From Desulfobacterales bacterium (GTDB lineage Bacteria > Desulfobacterota > Desulfobacteria > Desulfobacterales > UBA5852): 64,000 nucleotides of DNA. Position 1 is the stretch's first letter, and every line of letters begins with the position of its first letter. Shown piece after piece: positions 1 to 10,021 of the stretch. The notes under the pieces were generated by a model. It ran no database searches and was not told the DNA's origin. It saw only the letters and a list, made by a program, of their open reading frames with translations. A program made the position numbers and the translations under genes. The stretch covers positions 1,728,001 through 1,792,000 of the forward strand of contig CAXXVS010000003.1 of NCBI GenBank assembly GCA_963674755.2, given 5' to 3'.

Positions 1-1
1 G

Positions 2-877
2 CCGGTCGTGCCGGTGCATTCCTGGCTGCCGGACGCCCACACCGAGGCGCCGACCCCGGGCAGCGTCATTCTGGCCGGGCTGCTGCTGAAAACCGGCGCT
101 TACGGGCTGGTGCGGTTTGCCGTGCCCTTGTTTCCCGAGGCCGCTGCGTCCCTGGCGCCTGCCGGCATGGCCCTGGGTGTGGTGTCGATCCTCTACGGCG
201 CGCTCCTGGCCCTGGGCCAGTCCGACCTGAAACGGCTGGTGGCTTACACCAGTGTCAGCCACATGGGGTTTGTCATGCTGGGGGTGTTCGCCTGGAACCA
301 ATTGGCACTCCAGGGCGTGGTCATGCAGATGATCTGTCACGGTATCAGCACCGGGGCCCTGTTCATGCTGGTGGGGGCCCTGCAGCAGCGCCTGGGAACG
401 CGGGACCTGAAGCAGATGGGCGGCCTCTGGGACAGCATGCCCCGCATGGGGGCGGTCTTTCTATTGTTTGCCATGGCGTCCCTCGGCCTGCCGGGCCTGG
501 GCAATTTCATCGCGGAATTCCTGATTCTGCTGGGCGCTTACCAGGTGAGTGTCCTGTGGGCCGTGCTGGCCGCGATAGGCCTGGTGGCGGCCAGCGTCTA
601 CGCCCTGCGGATGCTGCAGGCCAGCTTCCACGGGAAGGCGGTCCATACCTGGCAAGTGCCCGATCTCGCGTTGCGTGAAACCGCGGCCATGACCTGCATG
701 GTCGTGATCATCGTTTGGCTGGGACTCTTTCCGCAGTGGGTTCTCAACACGGCCCGCGGCCCGCTACAGGCCCTGCAAAAGACCGCCGTCGTCCGGACCC
801 AGCAGACGCCCCCCGGGATCGTGCGCCTTATCAGCCAGCAACTGGCGGTTCCACCGCTGGAAGGAGGACGCCCATGA
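2..877 (+). CDS. nuoM: NADH-quinone oxidoreductase subunit M (5'-truncated by window edge)
   Basis: Motifs HSWLPDAHTEAP, LLKTGAYG, AYTSVSHMG and LGLPGLGNF; highly hydrophobic; ATGA overlap with the next gene. Confidence 0.93.
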   Translation, partial: PVVPVHSWLPDAHTEAPTPGSVILAGLLLKTGAYGLVRFAVPLFPEAAASLAPAGMALGVVSILYGALLALGQSDLKRLVAYTSVSHMGFVMLGVFAWNQLALQGVVMQMICHGISTGALFMLVGALQQRLGTRDLKQMGGLWDSMPRMGAVFLLFAMASLGLPGLGNFIAEFLILLGAYQVSVLWAVLAAIGLVAASVYALRMLQASFHGKAVHTWQVPDLALRETAAMTCMVVIIVWLGLFPQWVLNTARGPLQALQKTAVVRTQQTPPGIVRLISQQLAVPPLEGGRP

Positions 878-2292
878 ATCCCGATGCCTGGCGCGCGGTC
901 ATGCCGCTGGTCTGCCTGGCGGCCGCGGCGATCGTCCTGCTGCTCCTGATCCCGGTGCGCCGCCGGCATGGCGCGGCCGTGGTAGTGGCCCTGGCCGGCT
1001 TGGCGGCGGCCCTGGCGACCCTGCCCGATCTTTCCGGCGGGCGTATCGTCCAGGTGACCCCGCTGCTTGTCTTCGACGGCACCGCCGTGGTCTATCTGGC
1101 CCTGTTCACCCTGGCCGGCGCAGTCACGGTCTTGCTGTCCTACGGTTACCTGCAGACCTATGACGGCCGCCGCGAAGAGTTCTACCTCCTGGTATTGCTG
1201 GCCGTTATAGGGGCTTCGGTGCTGGCCGTGAGCAACCATTTCGCCGCCCTGTTTCTCGGTTTGGAAATCCTCAGCATTGCGCTTTACGCGCTGATTCCCT
1301 ATCCCCACCGCACCGGCGCCCAGCTCGAGGCGGCCGTCAAGTATCTGATCCTGGCGGCGGTCTCATCGGCTTTCCTGCTGTTCGGCATGGCTCTGTTTTA
1401 CGCCGGCGCGGGTTACATGACCATCGGATCGGTGGCGGCCCTGCTGGGCAACGCCACCAATCCGGCCATCCGCTGGCTGACGGCCGGGGTGGCTATGATG
1501 ATTGTCGCCGTCGGATTCAAGCTGGCCGTGGTGCCCTTTCACCTCTGGACACCGGACGTGTACCAGGGGGCGCCGCCGCCCATCGGGGCTTTTGTGGCCA
1601 CCGTTTCCAAAGGGGCCATCGTGGCCCTGTTGCTGCGCCTGCTGCCGCCCGGGGACCTGCCCCGGGGGTTCATCATCGTTTTCACCGCCATGGCCATGGC
1701 GTCCATGATCGCCGGCAACCTCCTGGCCCTGCGCCAGAACAACATCAAACGGATTCTGGCCTATTCTTCCATCGCCCACATGGGTTACCTCCTGGTGGCC
1801 TACCTGGCCGGCGGAGCGATGGCCACGGCTGCGGTCACCTTCTATCTGGCGACCTATTTCGTGACCAATCTGGGCGCCTTCGGGGTGCTTACCCTCCTGT
1901 CCGGGCCGGAAAAGGATGCCGAAGCGCTGGAAGACTTCCGCGGTCTGTTCTGGCGCCAGCCCTGGCTGGCGGGCATCCTGGTGCTGATGGTGTTCTCCCT
2001 GGCCGGTCTGCCGCTGACCGCCGGATTTCCGGGCAAGTTCTACCTGGTGGCGGCCGGCGTGGCCGGGGCCCGCTGGATGCTGGTCGTCACCCTGGCGATC
2101 ACCAGTACCATCGGCCTGTACTATTATCTACGTATTGCGGTAACCCTCTTCGCCCGTGCGCCGGAAAGCGCCGGCCTGCGACCCGGCCCGGCCCTGCTCG
2201 GCCGTTTCACCCTGGCGGGTCTGACGGGCGTCCTGGTGTGGATCGGGGTGCTGCCGGAGGCGGTGATAGCGCTTATCCGAGCCTTCCTCTAG
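874..2292 (+). CDS. nuoN: NADH-quinone oxidoreductase subunit N
   Basis: GGAGG RBS before ATG 874; motifs EAAVKYL, FKLAVVPFHLWTPDVYQG, KRILAYSSIAHMGY and SLAGLPLTAGF. Confidence 0.93.
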   Translation: MNPDAWRAVMPLVCLAAAAIVLLLLIPVRRRHGAAVVVALAGLAAALATLPDLSGGRIVQVTPLLVFDGTAVVYLALFTLAGAVTVLLSYGYLQTYDGRREEFYLLVLLAVIGASVLAVSNHFAALFLGLEILSIALYALIPYPHRTGAQLEAAVKYLILAAVSSAFLLFGMALFYAGAGYMTIGSVAALLGNATNPAIRWLTAGVAMMIVAVGFKLAVVPFHLWTPDVYQGAPPPIGAFVATVSKGAIVALLLRLLPPGDLPRGFIIVFTAMAMASMIAGNLLALRQNNIKRILAYSSIAHMGYLLVAYLAGGAMATAAVTFYLATYFVTNLGAFGVLTLLSGPEKDAEALEDFRGLFWRQPWLAGILVLMVFSLAGLPLTAGFPGKFYLVAAGVAGARWMLVVTLAITSTIGLYYYLRIAVTLFARAPESAGLRPGPALLGRFTLAGLTGVLVWIGVLPEAVIALIRAFL

Positions 2293-2538
2293 TTTCCATT
2301 TGGAGACGGCATCTTTTGGCCCCTGGCGGCGTTTGCGCCTTCAGTCGGTCCTCGGCGTAGCCGGGCTACGCCTGTGGGCACCCACCGTTGAAGAATCCAT
2401 CAGATGGGAAGTCCCGCTCGGCGGGACGCCAGCCGGAAGCGGTTTGTTGAACACCGGTGTCTTTAAAGATCAAACGTGAAATCCCGCGCCGTGCGGCGGG
2501 ACCAGGAACCAAAATCTACCATCTCCAGAGGGAAACTC
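2290..2538 (+). repeat. Hairpin/MITE-like element copy A, with an internal insertion
   Basis: Imperfect terminal inverted repeats tagtttccatttggaga...tctccagagggaaact; shares ggcatcttttggccc, tagc-nnn-gcta and ccaaaatctacca with the copies at 3730 and 62104. Confidence 0.75.
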
Positions 2539-2739
2539 GCCAAGGACATAAGTTTTTCCTATACCCGTAGGAGGCGTTGTTGCTACCGCCGTCCGGACAC
2601 AGCCGAAAAGCGGCTGGTGCAGGACCTATTTTGACAGGCGCCCTCGTGAACCTATTTTTAGGGATAAACTGCTGCAGGTCATGACGCCCGCCTTTGTATA
2701 ACCACACCACCGCCGGTTGCGCCGGCCGAGGAGGACCGT

Positions 2740-3732
2740 ATGGACATTTCAACGACGTATCTGGGGTTAACCCTGCCCAGTCCGGTCATCGCCGGCAGTT
2801 CGGGATTGACCGGGTCGGTCGATAAGATCACCGCCTTCGCACGCCACGGCGCCGGGGCGGTGGTGCTCAAATCCATCTTCGAGGAGGAGATCTATTTCGA
2901 GGAGGAGGACATCATCAAGGAGGCCGAAGCCGAAGGGGTGAATCTGGACCAGTTCGACTACTTCGACTTTCACCTGAAGGGCCAGAAGCTCGACCGCTAT
3001 ATCAAATTGATCGAGGACGCCAAGCAGGCGGTGGACATTCCGGTTATCGCCAGCATCAACTGTGTCTACTCCCATGAATGGACCGCTTTTGCCCACCGGA
3101 TCGAAGGGGCCGGCGCCGACGCCCTGGAGTTGAACATGTTCTTTCTGCCGTCGGATTTCGAACGCACGGCCCGGGAGCAGGAAGAGGCCTACTTCGAGAT
3201 CATCGACAAGATCACCTCGGCCGTGTCCATCCCGGTGGCCCTCAAGATCAGCCATTACTTCTCCAGTCTGGGCCCCATGATCCAGCGCCTGTCCCGCACG
3301 GGCGTGGCCGGGCTGGTGCTCTTCAACCGTTTCTTCAGTCCGGACATCGACATCGAGGCCTTCAAGGTCAAGCCTTCCTTTGTCTTCAGCACACCGGCCG
3401 AGCTGGCCCTCTCCCTGCGCTGGATCGGCATCATGGCTCAAAAGGTGGACTGCGACCTGGTGGCTTCCACGGGGGTGCACGACGGCGCGGCGCTCATCAA
3501 ACAGCTACTGGCGGGGGCAAAGGCGGTCCAGACGGTGTCCAGCCTGTACCAGAAGGGGCCGGCCCACATCGAAACCCTGCTGACCGACCTGAAGGCCTGG
3601 ATGCAGCGCCACAAGTTTGCGTCCCTGTACGATTTTCGCGGCCGGATGAGCCAGGAGGCGGCCAGCAATCCCGCGATCTACGAGCGGGTGCAGTTCATGC
3701 GCTACTTCGGGGGCGAAGCGGACGTGACCTAG
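2740..3732 (+). CDS. Dihydroorotate dehydrogenase-like FMN protein
   Basis: STTYLGL.L.SP start, GAVVLKSIFEE, PVIASIN, DALELN, LVLFNRF, STGVH; GGAGG RBS. Confidence 0.88.
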   Translation: MDISTTYLGLTLPSPVIAGSSGLTGSVDKITAFARHGAGAVVLKSIFEEEIYFEEEDIIKEAEAEGVNLDQFDYFDFHLKGQKLDRYIKLIEDAKQAVDIPVIASINCVYSHEWTAFAHRIEGAGADALELNMFFLPSDFERTAREQEEAYFEIIDKITSAVSIPVALKISHYFSSLGPMIQRLSRTGVAGLVLFNRFFSPDIDIEAFKVKPSFVFSTPAELALSLRWIGIMAQKVDCDLVASTGVHDGAALIKQLLAGAKAVQTVSSLYQKGPAHIETLLTDLKAWMQRHKFASLYDFRGRMSQEAASNPAIYERVQFMRYFGGEADVT

Positions 3733-3876
3733 TGCCCATCCAGAGGCGGCATCTTTTGGCCCAGGCCAGCGTTCTCGCTCTTTGAAAATCCTCGCCGTAG
3801 CCCAGCTACGCCTCCGGGTTCCAAAGAACTGCGGCCTTGGCCGGAACCAAAATCTACCACCTCTGAATGGGCACTA
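3730..3876 (+). repeat. Hairpin/MITE-like element copy B (147 bp)
   Basis: Inverted ends tagtgcccatccagagg...cctctgaatgggcacta; homologous to the copies at 2290 and 62104. Confidence 0.8.
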
Positions 3877-3948
3877 CCTATACGAAGACTATGGTTGCGG
3901 AGCGCCGTCGTTCCGCGTCGGCATGACGATTCTGGGAGTGCCACACGC

Positions 3949-4881
3949 ATGTCAGCGGTTAAACTTGTCGAAGTCGGCCCTCGGGACGGACTGCAAAACG
4001 AGAAAGTGAAGATTCCCACGGCAGCCAAGGTGGCTTTCGTGGATGCCCTTTCTGAGACGGGCGTGGACGAGATCGAAGTTAGCGCTTTTGTCGCGCCGCG
4101 CCGGGTGCCCCAGTTGGACGACGCCGAAGCGGTTTTCCGCGACATCCGCCGTACCGATGCCGTCGTTTATTCCGCCCTCGTGCCCAATGAAAGGGGCCTT
4201 GCGCGCGCCCTGGCCTGCGGAGTGGACAAGATCGCCGTCTTCACCGCGGTCAGCGAGATCTTCAACCAAAACAACATCCACACTTCCTTTGACGGTTCCC
4301 TGCGGCGTTTCCGGCCGGTGATCAGACGGGCCAAGTCAGCAGGACGCCCGGTGCGGGGCTACCTGTCGACCGCCTTCTGGTGCGCCTTCGAGGGTCGGAT
4401 CCCGCCGCAAAAGGCCATCAGCGCGGCGGAGGCGCTGTTCGAGATCGGCGTTGACGAGGTGTCGATTTCCGACACCGTGGGGAAGGCGACGCCGGAGGAG
4501 GTCGCGCAATTGCTCGAAAGCCTGCTGCGCAGGATCGCGCCGGAGCGCATCGCCATGCATTTCCATGACACGTTCGGTCATGCCGCGGCCAATGTCCGCC
4601 GATCCTGGGATTACGGGGTCCGGATTTTCGACGCGAGTGTGGGCGGGCTCGGGGGCTGCCCCTTTTCACCCGGGGCCACGGGCAATGTCGCCACGGAAAC
4701 CGTGGCGGCCGCGCTGACGGGCCAGGGCGCGGATGTCGACATCGATCTTCGAAAGCTCGCCCATGCCCGCCAGCTTCTCAATCCTTACCTGGGGAAGGAG
4801 CGGCGTGCCCGGTCTCCGGAAAGCGGGCGGACTTGCGAGACATGCGACTACTTTGCGGGGGAGATATGCTGCGGCCGTTAG
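3949..4881 (+). CDS. Hydroxymethylglutaryl-CoA lyase family protein
   Basis: EVGPRDGLQNE, HFHDT and GGLGGCPF.PGATGNVATE motifs. Confidence 0.92.
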   Translation: MSAVKLVEVGPRDGLQNEKVKIPTAAKVAFVDALSETGVDEIEVSAFVAPRRVPQLDDAEAVFRDIRRTDAVVYSALVPNERGLARALACGVDKIAVFTAVSEIFNQNNIHTSFDGSLRRFRPVIRRAKSAGRPVRGYLSTAFWCAFEGRIPPQKAISAAEALFEIGVDEVSISDTVGKATPEEVAQLLESLLRRIAPERIAMHFHDTFGHAAANVRRSWDYGVRIFDASVGGLGGCPFSPGATGNVATETVAAALTGQGADVDIDLRKLAHARQLLNPYLGKERRARSPESGRTCETCDYFAGEICCGR

Positions 4882-5006
4882 GTGAGGTTTGATCTGAATC
4901 GGCCTCCTCTGGTGACAGCGCCAGGGAGGGTTTTCCGATCCAGGATTTTTATTAAATGATTTCTTTATTTTCTTCCCCTTGGAAGAAAATAAAGGGGGTG
5001 ACAACC

Positions 5007-6560
5007 ATGCATGACGACTACAGCGCGACCCTGGAAACCCTGGAACGGCTGCGGGCCGAATCCCTGGCCGCCGGCGATACGAAGAAAGTCGCGGCCCAGC
5101 ACGGCAAAGGCAAGCTCAGTGCCCGGGAGCGAATCGACCTGCTCCTGGACGACGGCACTTTTGAGGAGTTCGATGTGCTCAAGACCGGCCGGGGGGGCGC
5201 CCTGGGGGATGAGCGCACCTATCCCGGCGACGGTGTCATCACCGGCCACGGGGCCATCGACGGGCGCGAAGTCTTTATCTTCAGCCAGGATTTTACCGTC
5301 GTGGGCGGGTCCCTGGGCGAAGCGCACGCCCAGAAGATCTGCAAGGTAATGGACCTGGCCGTCAAGGTGGGCGCGCCCATCATCGGTCTGAACGACTCGG
5401 GCGGGGCCCGCATCCAGGAAGGGGTGGACGCCCTGGCGGCCTACGGCGAAATCTTCCATCGCAACGTGCGGGCCAGCGGGGTCGTGCCCCAGGTCTCCTG
5501 CATCATGGGGCCCTGCGCGGGCGGGGCGGTCTACAGCCCGGCCATCACCGATTTCGTCTTCATGGTGCAGGCCTCCTCCTATATGTTCGTCACCGGACCG
5601 AGCGTGGTCCGGACCGTCACCCACCAGGACATCACGGCCGAAGACCTGGGCGGGGCCGGGGTGCATGCCGGCCGGAGCGGCGTGGCCCATTTCACGGCGG
5701 CCAACGACGTGCTTTGCCTGCGCGAGGTGCGCCGGCTGGTCAACTACCTGCCCTCGAACAACCGGCAGCGCGCGCCCCTGTTGGATTTGCACGATCCGGC
5801 CGACCGCACGGACCCGGCCCTGGACTACCTCGTCCCGGAAAATCCCAACCAGACCTACGACATGAACATCCTGATCTTCAGTATCCTCGACGGGGCCGAG
5901 TTCATGGAAGTGCAGCCCGATTTTGCCCGCAACATCATCTGCGGCTTCGGTCGTCTGGGAAGGCAGACCGTGGGCCTGGTGGCCAACCAGCCGGCCGTGC
6001 TGGCCGGCGTGCTGGACACCGACGCCTCCTTCAAGGCCGGGCGTTTCGTGCGCTTCTGCGATGCCTTCAACATTCCCCTGATCGCCCTGGTGGATGTTCC
6101 GGGATTCATGCCCGGACCGGACCAGGAACACGGCGGCATCATCCGCCACGGCGCCAAACTGCTCTATGCCTTCACCGAGGCCACGGTGCCGCGCATCTCC
6201 GTGATCGTGCGTAAGGCTTACGGCGGGGCCTATCTGGTGATGAATTCCAAGCATATCCACTGCGATGTCAACTACGCCTGGCCCTCGGCCGAGATCGCGG
6301 TCATGGGCCCCAAAGGCGCGGCCGAGGTGATCTACCGCAAGGAGATTCAGACGGCCGCGGACCCGGAGGCGCTCTTGAACGCGAAGATGAGCGACTACCG
6401 CCGCACCTTTGCCAACCCCTTCCTGGCGGCCAAGCGGGGCTATATCGACGACGTGATCTTTCCGCGCGACACCCGCCACCGGCTGATCCGCACCCTGCAG
6501 GTCCTGGAGGGCAAGGAAGCCAAAGGCCCGAACCGCAAACACGGCAATATTCCCCTGTGA
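5007..6560 (+). CDS. Acyl-CoA carboxylase carboxyltransferase (beta) subunit, PccB-like
   Basis: QHGKGKLSARERI, DSGGARIQEG, GPCAGGAVY, RKAYGGAY and terminal KHGNIPL. Confidence 0.92.
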   Translation: MHDDYSATLETLERLRAESLAAGDTKKVAAQHGKGKLSARERIDLLLDDGTFEEFDVLKTGRGGALGDERTYPGDGVITGHGAIDGREVFIFSQDFTVVGGSLGEAHAQKICKVMDLAVKVGAPIIGLNDSGGARIQEGVDALAAYGEIFHRNVRASGVVPQVSCIMGPCAGGAVYSPAITDFVFMVQASSYMFVTGPSVVRTVTHQDITAEDLGGAGVHAGRSGVAHFTAANDVLCLREVRRLVNYLPSNNRQRAPLLDLHDPADRTDPALDYLVPENPNQTYDMNILIFSILDGAEFMEVQPDFARNIICGFGRLGRQTVGLVANQPAVLAGVLDTDASFKAGRFVRFCDAFNIPLIALVDVPGFMPGPDQEHGGIIRHGAKLLYAFTEATVPRISVIVRKAYGGAYLVMNSKHIHCDVNYAWPSAEIAVMGPKGAAEVIYRKEIQTAADPEALLNAKMSDYRRTFANPFLAAKRGYIDDVIFPRDTRHRLIRTLQVLEGKEAKGPNRKHGNIPL

Positions 6561-6568
6561 GGCCTGTC

Positions 6569-8578
6569 ATGTTCGATAAAATTCTGGTTGCCAACCGAGG
6601 TGAAATCGCTGTCCGCATCATTCGCAGCTGCCAGCGTCTGGGCATCGGCGCCGTGGCGGTCTATTCGGACGCGGACAGCCGCAGCCGCCACGTGCAGCAG
6701 GCCGATGAGGCCGTGCACATCGGCCCGGCCCCGGCCCCGGCGTCCTATCTGGATGCGGGCAAGATCATTGACGCAGCCCGTTCCACCGGCTGCCGGGCCG
6801 TGCATCCGGGCTACGGTTTCCTGTCGGAAAACGCCGATTTCGCCCGGCGGGTGGCCGCAGCCGGGCTGGTGTTCATCGGCCCGCCGGCCGAGGCCATCGC
6901 GCTGATGGGCGACAAGATTGCCAGCAAGGAGCTGGCCGCCCGGGCCGGGGTGCCCGTCATCCCCGGCCATGCCGGGGAACTGGCGGACGAAGCGCAAGCC
7001 CGGGCCGCGGCCGAGGCGGTCGGCTATCCGGTGCTGCTCAAGCCCGCCGCCGGCGGGGGCGGCAAAGGCATGCGCATCGTGCGCCAACCGGAGGAGCTGG
7101 CGGCCGCCCTGGCGGCCAGCCGCCAGGAGACCCGCAAAGCCTTCGGCGACAGCCGGATTTTCATCGAGCGCTATATCGAAGAGCCGCGGCACGTGGAAAT
7201 TCAGATCATGGCCGACGCCTCCGGGCAGGTGGTCCACCTGGGGGAGCGGGAGTGCTCCATCCAGCGGCGCTACCAGAAGATCATCGAGGAGTCCCCCTCG
7301 CCGGCCGTCTCCGAGGACCTGCGCCGGCGCATGGGGCAGGCGGCCTGCGCCCTGGCCCGCCAGGCCGGCTATGTCAATGCCGGCACGGTGGAGTTCGTGC
7401 TGGACGCGGGGGGTGACTTTTATTTTCTGGAGATGAACACCCGCCTGCAGGTGGAGCATCCGGTCACCGAAGAGGTCACCAGGCTGGATCTGGTGGAACT
7501 CCAAATCCGGGTGGCGGCCGGCGAGCGGCTGCCGCTGGATCAGGAGCGCATGGGGCCCAAGGGCTGGGCCATGGAGGCGCGCATCTGCGCCGAAGACCCC
7601 GAGCGGGGCTTCATTCCGTCAACGGGCATGATCACCCGCTACGCCGAGCCCAAGGGCAACGCCATCCGGGTGGACAGCGGCATCCAGACCGGCAGCAGCA
7701 TCGGGGTCTACTACGACTCCCTGCTGGCCAAGGTCATCTGCCACGGCCGGGATCGGGACGAGGCCCGTCTGCGGCTGATCGAAGCCCTGAACGGCTACCA
7801 CATCGAAGGCGTCGTCACCAATACCGACTTCGTCGCCAGCATCCTGAGCCACCCGGAATTTGCGGCGGGCAAGCTGAGCACGGGGTTTATCGAACGCCAT
7901 TTCGAGGGCGGTCAGGCGAAGCACCCGCCGGACGAACGCGCCTTCGAACTGGCGGCCCTGACGGCCGCCCTGATCTACCACGTCCGCATGGTGGCCGTGC
8001 AGGAATCCCTGCGCCCCATGGCGCCCCGGATCGGGGGTGAAAAAGTCGCGGTCCGCGAGCACCGCTATTTCGTGCGGGCGGGTGAGGATGCCCTGGAAGT
8101 GCGGCTCGAGGGACCGATTGACGGCCGGCGCTGGACGATTCGCATCGGCCCCCACAGCTATGCGGTGATTCCGCCTGAATTCGAGTTCTACCGCCGGCGG
8201 CTCAAACTCACCATCGACGAGCAGGTCCACCGCTTCCGGGTTCGGTTTGAGCAATCCTTTATCTACGTCGCCTTCAGCGGCATCACCCGGGTCTTCGAGA
8301 TCTATACCCCCAAGGAGTGGGCCCTGATGCCCTACATGCCCGACCGGACCGCCGCGCCGGCCGAGAATGTGCTTGTCTGTCCCATGCCGGGGCTGGTGGT
8401 GGGCGTGTCCGTCAAGGAGGGCGAACGCGTCTTCCGGGGCCAGACCCTGGTGGTCCTCGAATCCATGAAGATGGAAAGCGACGTGGCCTCCCCGGTGGAC
8501 GGTGTCGTGGCCGAAGTCCTGGGCGCCCAGGGACAGGCGGTGGAGGCCGGGGACGTGCTGATCCGTTTCGAGGCCTGA
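6569..8578 (+). CDS. Biotin carboxylase/BCCP alpha subunit of acyl-CoA carboxylase
   Basis: KILVANRGEIA, HPGYGFLSEN, GGGGKGMR, ERECSIQRR, EMNTRLQVEHPVTE; biotinylation site ESMKM. Confidence 0.93.
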   Translation: MFDKILVANRGEIAVRIIRSCQRLGIGAVAVYSDADSRSRHVQQADEAVHIGPAPAPASYLDAGKIIDAARSTGCRAVHPGYGFLSENADFARRVAAAGLVFIGPPAEAIALMGDKIASKELAARAGVPVIPGHAGELADEAQARAAAEAVGYPVLLKPAAGGGGKGMRIVRQPEELAAALAASRQETRKAFGDSRIFIERYIEEPRHVEIQIMADASGQVVHLGERECSIQRRYQKIIEESPSPAVSEDLRRRMGQAACALARQAGYVNAGTVEFVLDAGGDFYFLEMNTRLQVEHPVTEEVTRLDLVELQIRVAAGERLPLDQERMGPKGWAMEARICAEDPERGFIPSTGMITRYAEPKGNAIRVDSGIQTGSSIGVYYDSLLAKVICHGRDRDEARLRLIEALNGYHIEGVVTNTDFVASILSHPEFAAGKLSTGFIERHFEGGQAKHPPDERAFELAALTAALIYHVRMVAVQESLRPMAPRIGGEKVAVREHRYFVRAGEDALEVRLEGPIDGRRWTIRIGPHSYAVIPPEFEFYRRRLKLTIDEQVHRFRVRFEQSFIYVAFSGITRVFEIYTPKEWALMPYMPDRTAAPAENVLVCPMPGLVVGVSVKEGERVFRGQTLVVLESMKMESDVASPVDGVVAEVLGAQGQAVEAGDVLIRFEA

Positions 8579-8648
8579 TGCGCTGTTTTTGATCTATCCG
8601 CTCCGCTCATCGTGTAGGACACCGAGCGATTCTGCCGATCTGAGATGC

Positions 8649-9056
8649 GTTTTGTATAAGATTCTCTTCATTTTCTTCCACGTGGAAGAAAACGAAGCAA
8701 AAGAAGACGCCCGTGCCCCGCGGCCCCTTCGGGGCTGCCCTGCGCGTCGTCGCGCCGGCCGGAGCACGCGGAAACTCGCCCCGCCTACGCTAAAGCTACG
8801 GCGGGACTCAGACAGTCCGCGCGCTTTAATCCGTCCGCCCCGCCGATGCTCGGCGCGGGACAAAGGGAAATTCAAAACCAAAACGCCAAAAAGATCCACC
8901 ACGAAGATCATGAAGAACACGAAGGGATTCAACTCTTCTTTTTGAGATTTTCTTCGTGTACTTCGTGGTAAATTCCTGTTGACTCTATCTTTATAGAGAG
9001 CTGTCTTATAAAAGATTCTCTCCATTTCATTCCGCGTGGGATGTAAAGAATCAAAG
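8649..9056. repeat. Stack of REP-like/MITE-like intergenic repeats
   Basis: Imperfect direct repeat aagattctc..cattt..ttcc.cgtgg near 8658 and 9012; hairpins gccccttcggggc and cgcctacgctaaagctacggcg; inverted ccacgaag...cttcgtgg. Confidence 0.55.
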
Positions 9057-9068
9057 CATCAGCTTTCA

Positions 9069-9190
9069 GGCGGTTTCGTAAAACGTTCGAGATCAAGGCT
9101 TGCGAATCTTGAGGAATGAGGCGTACGCCAGTACGCCGCAGTGACGAGAGATGCGTGTAACGCAGATATCGGACGTTTTATGAAACCGTC
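9069..9190. repeat. MITE-like element with terminal inverted repeats
   Basis: ggcggtttcgtaaaacgt...acgttttatgaaaccgtc; internal hairpin ggcgtac-gcca-gtacgcc; abuts the stop codon at 9191. Confidence 0.65.
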
Positions 9191-10021
9191 TTACTTGATG
9201 CCGGCATACATGAAAGACTGCACGAACTGGCGCTGGAAGAGCAGGAAGGCCACCAGCAGGGGGGCCACCGAGAGCAGGGTGGCGGCCGAAATGATGGACC
9301 AGTTGACCCCGGATTCCGGGGCCCCGAAGATCCCCAGCCCCACGGTCAGGGGCCGGGTTTCCACCGAGTTGGTCACGATGAGGGGCCACAGGAAATTGTT
9401 CCAGTGGTGGCTGATGGAGACCAGGGCGTAAGCCAGGTAGGTGGGGCGCGCCAAGGGCACGTAGACCTTCCACAACACCCCCAGGGTGCCGCAGCCTTCC
9501 AGACGGGCGGCGTCTTCCAGTTCCTTGGGGGTCGCTTTGAAGGCCTGGCGCAGGAGGAAGATGCCGAAGGCGCTGGCCATGTAGGGCAGTCCGATGCCGA
9601 GGATGGTGTCCACCAGGCCGAAGTGTGCCAGGGTGACGTAGTTCTCCACGATCAGAATCTCGGGCGTGATCATGAGCTGCACCAGCACCAGGGCGAAGGC
9701 GATCTGGTGGCCGCGGAATTCGTAGCGTGCAAAGGCATAGGCCGCCAGGGTGCACAGCACCAGTTGGGCGCCCAGGGTCATGGTGACCAGGATGAAGGTG
9801 TTCAGGGCATAGCGGGGAAAGGGCGCCTGGGACAGGGCCTCGCGGAAATTGTCCAGGGTGAGCGGCGCCAGCAGGTGGAAATTGACGGCGTATTCCCCCG
9901 GGTGGAAGGCCGCCCAGAAGGCGTAGGCCAGGGGGGAGATCCAAAGGACGGCCAGCAGCCAGGCGGCGCCGTTTTCCAGCCCGGTCTGGACGATTTGGGA
10001 AGGGGAGCGTCGCGGCGTCAT
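9191..10021 (-). CDS. Carbohydrate ABC permease (UgpE-like)
   Basis: EAA loop ELEDAARLEG; WNNFLWPLIVT. Confidence 0.9.
   Translation of the reverse strand: MTPRRSPSQIVQTGLENGAAWLLAVLWISPLAYAFWAAFHPGEYAVNFHLLAPLTLDNFREALSQAPFPRYALNTFILVTMTLGAQLVLCTLAAYAFARYEFRGHQIAFALVLVQLMITPEILIVENYVTLAHFGLVDTILGIGLPYMASAFGIFLLRQAFKATPKELEDAARLEGCGTLGVLWKVYVPLARPTYLAYALVSISHHWNNFLWPLIVTNSVETRPLTVGLGIFGAPESGVNWSIISAATLLSVAPLLVAFLLFQRQFVQSFMYAGIK

Noticed and set aside
8589..9025. 118-aa and 143-aa ORFs between the carboxylase and ABC genes
   Set aside because: They overlie stacked non-coding repeats
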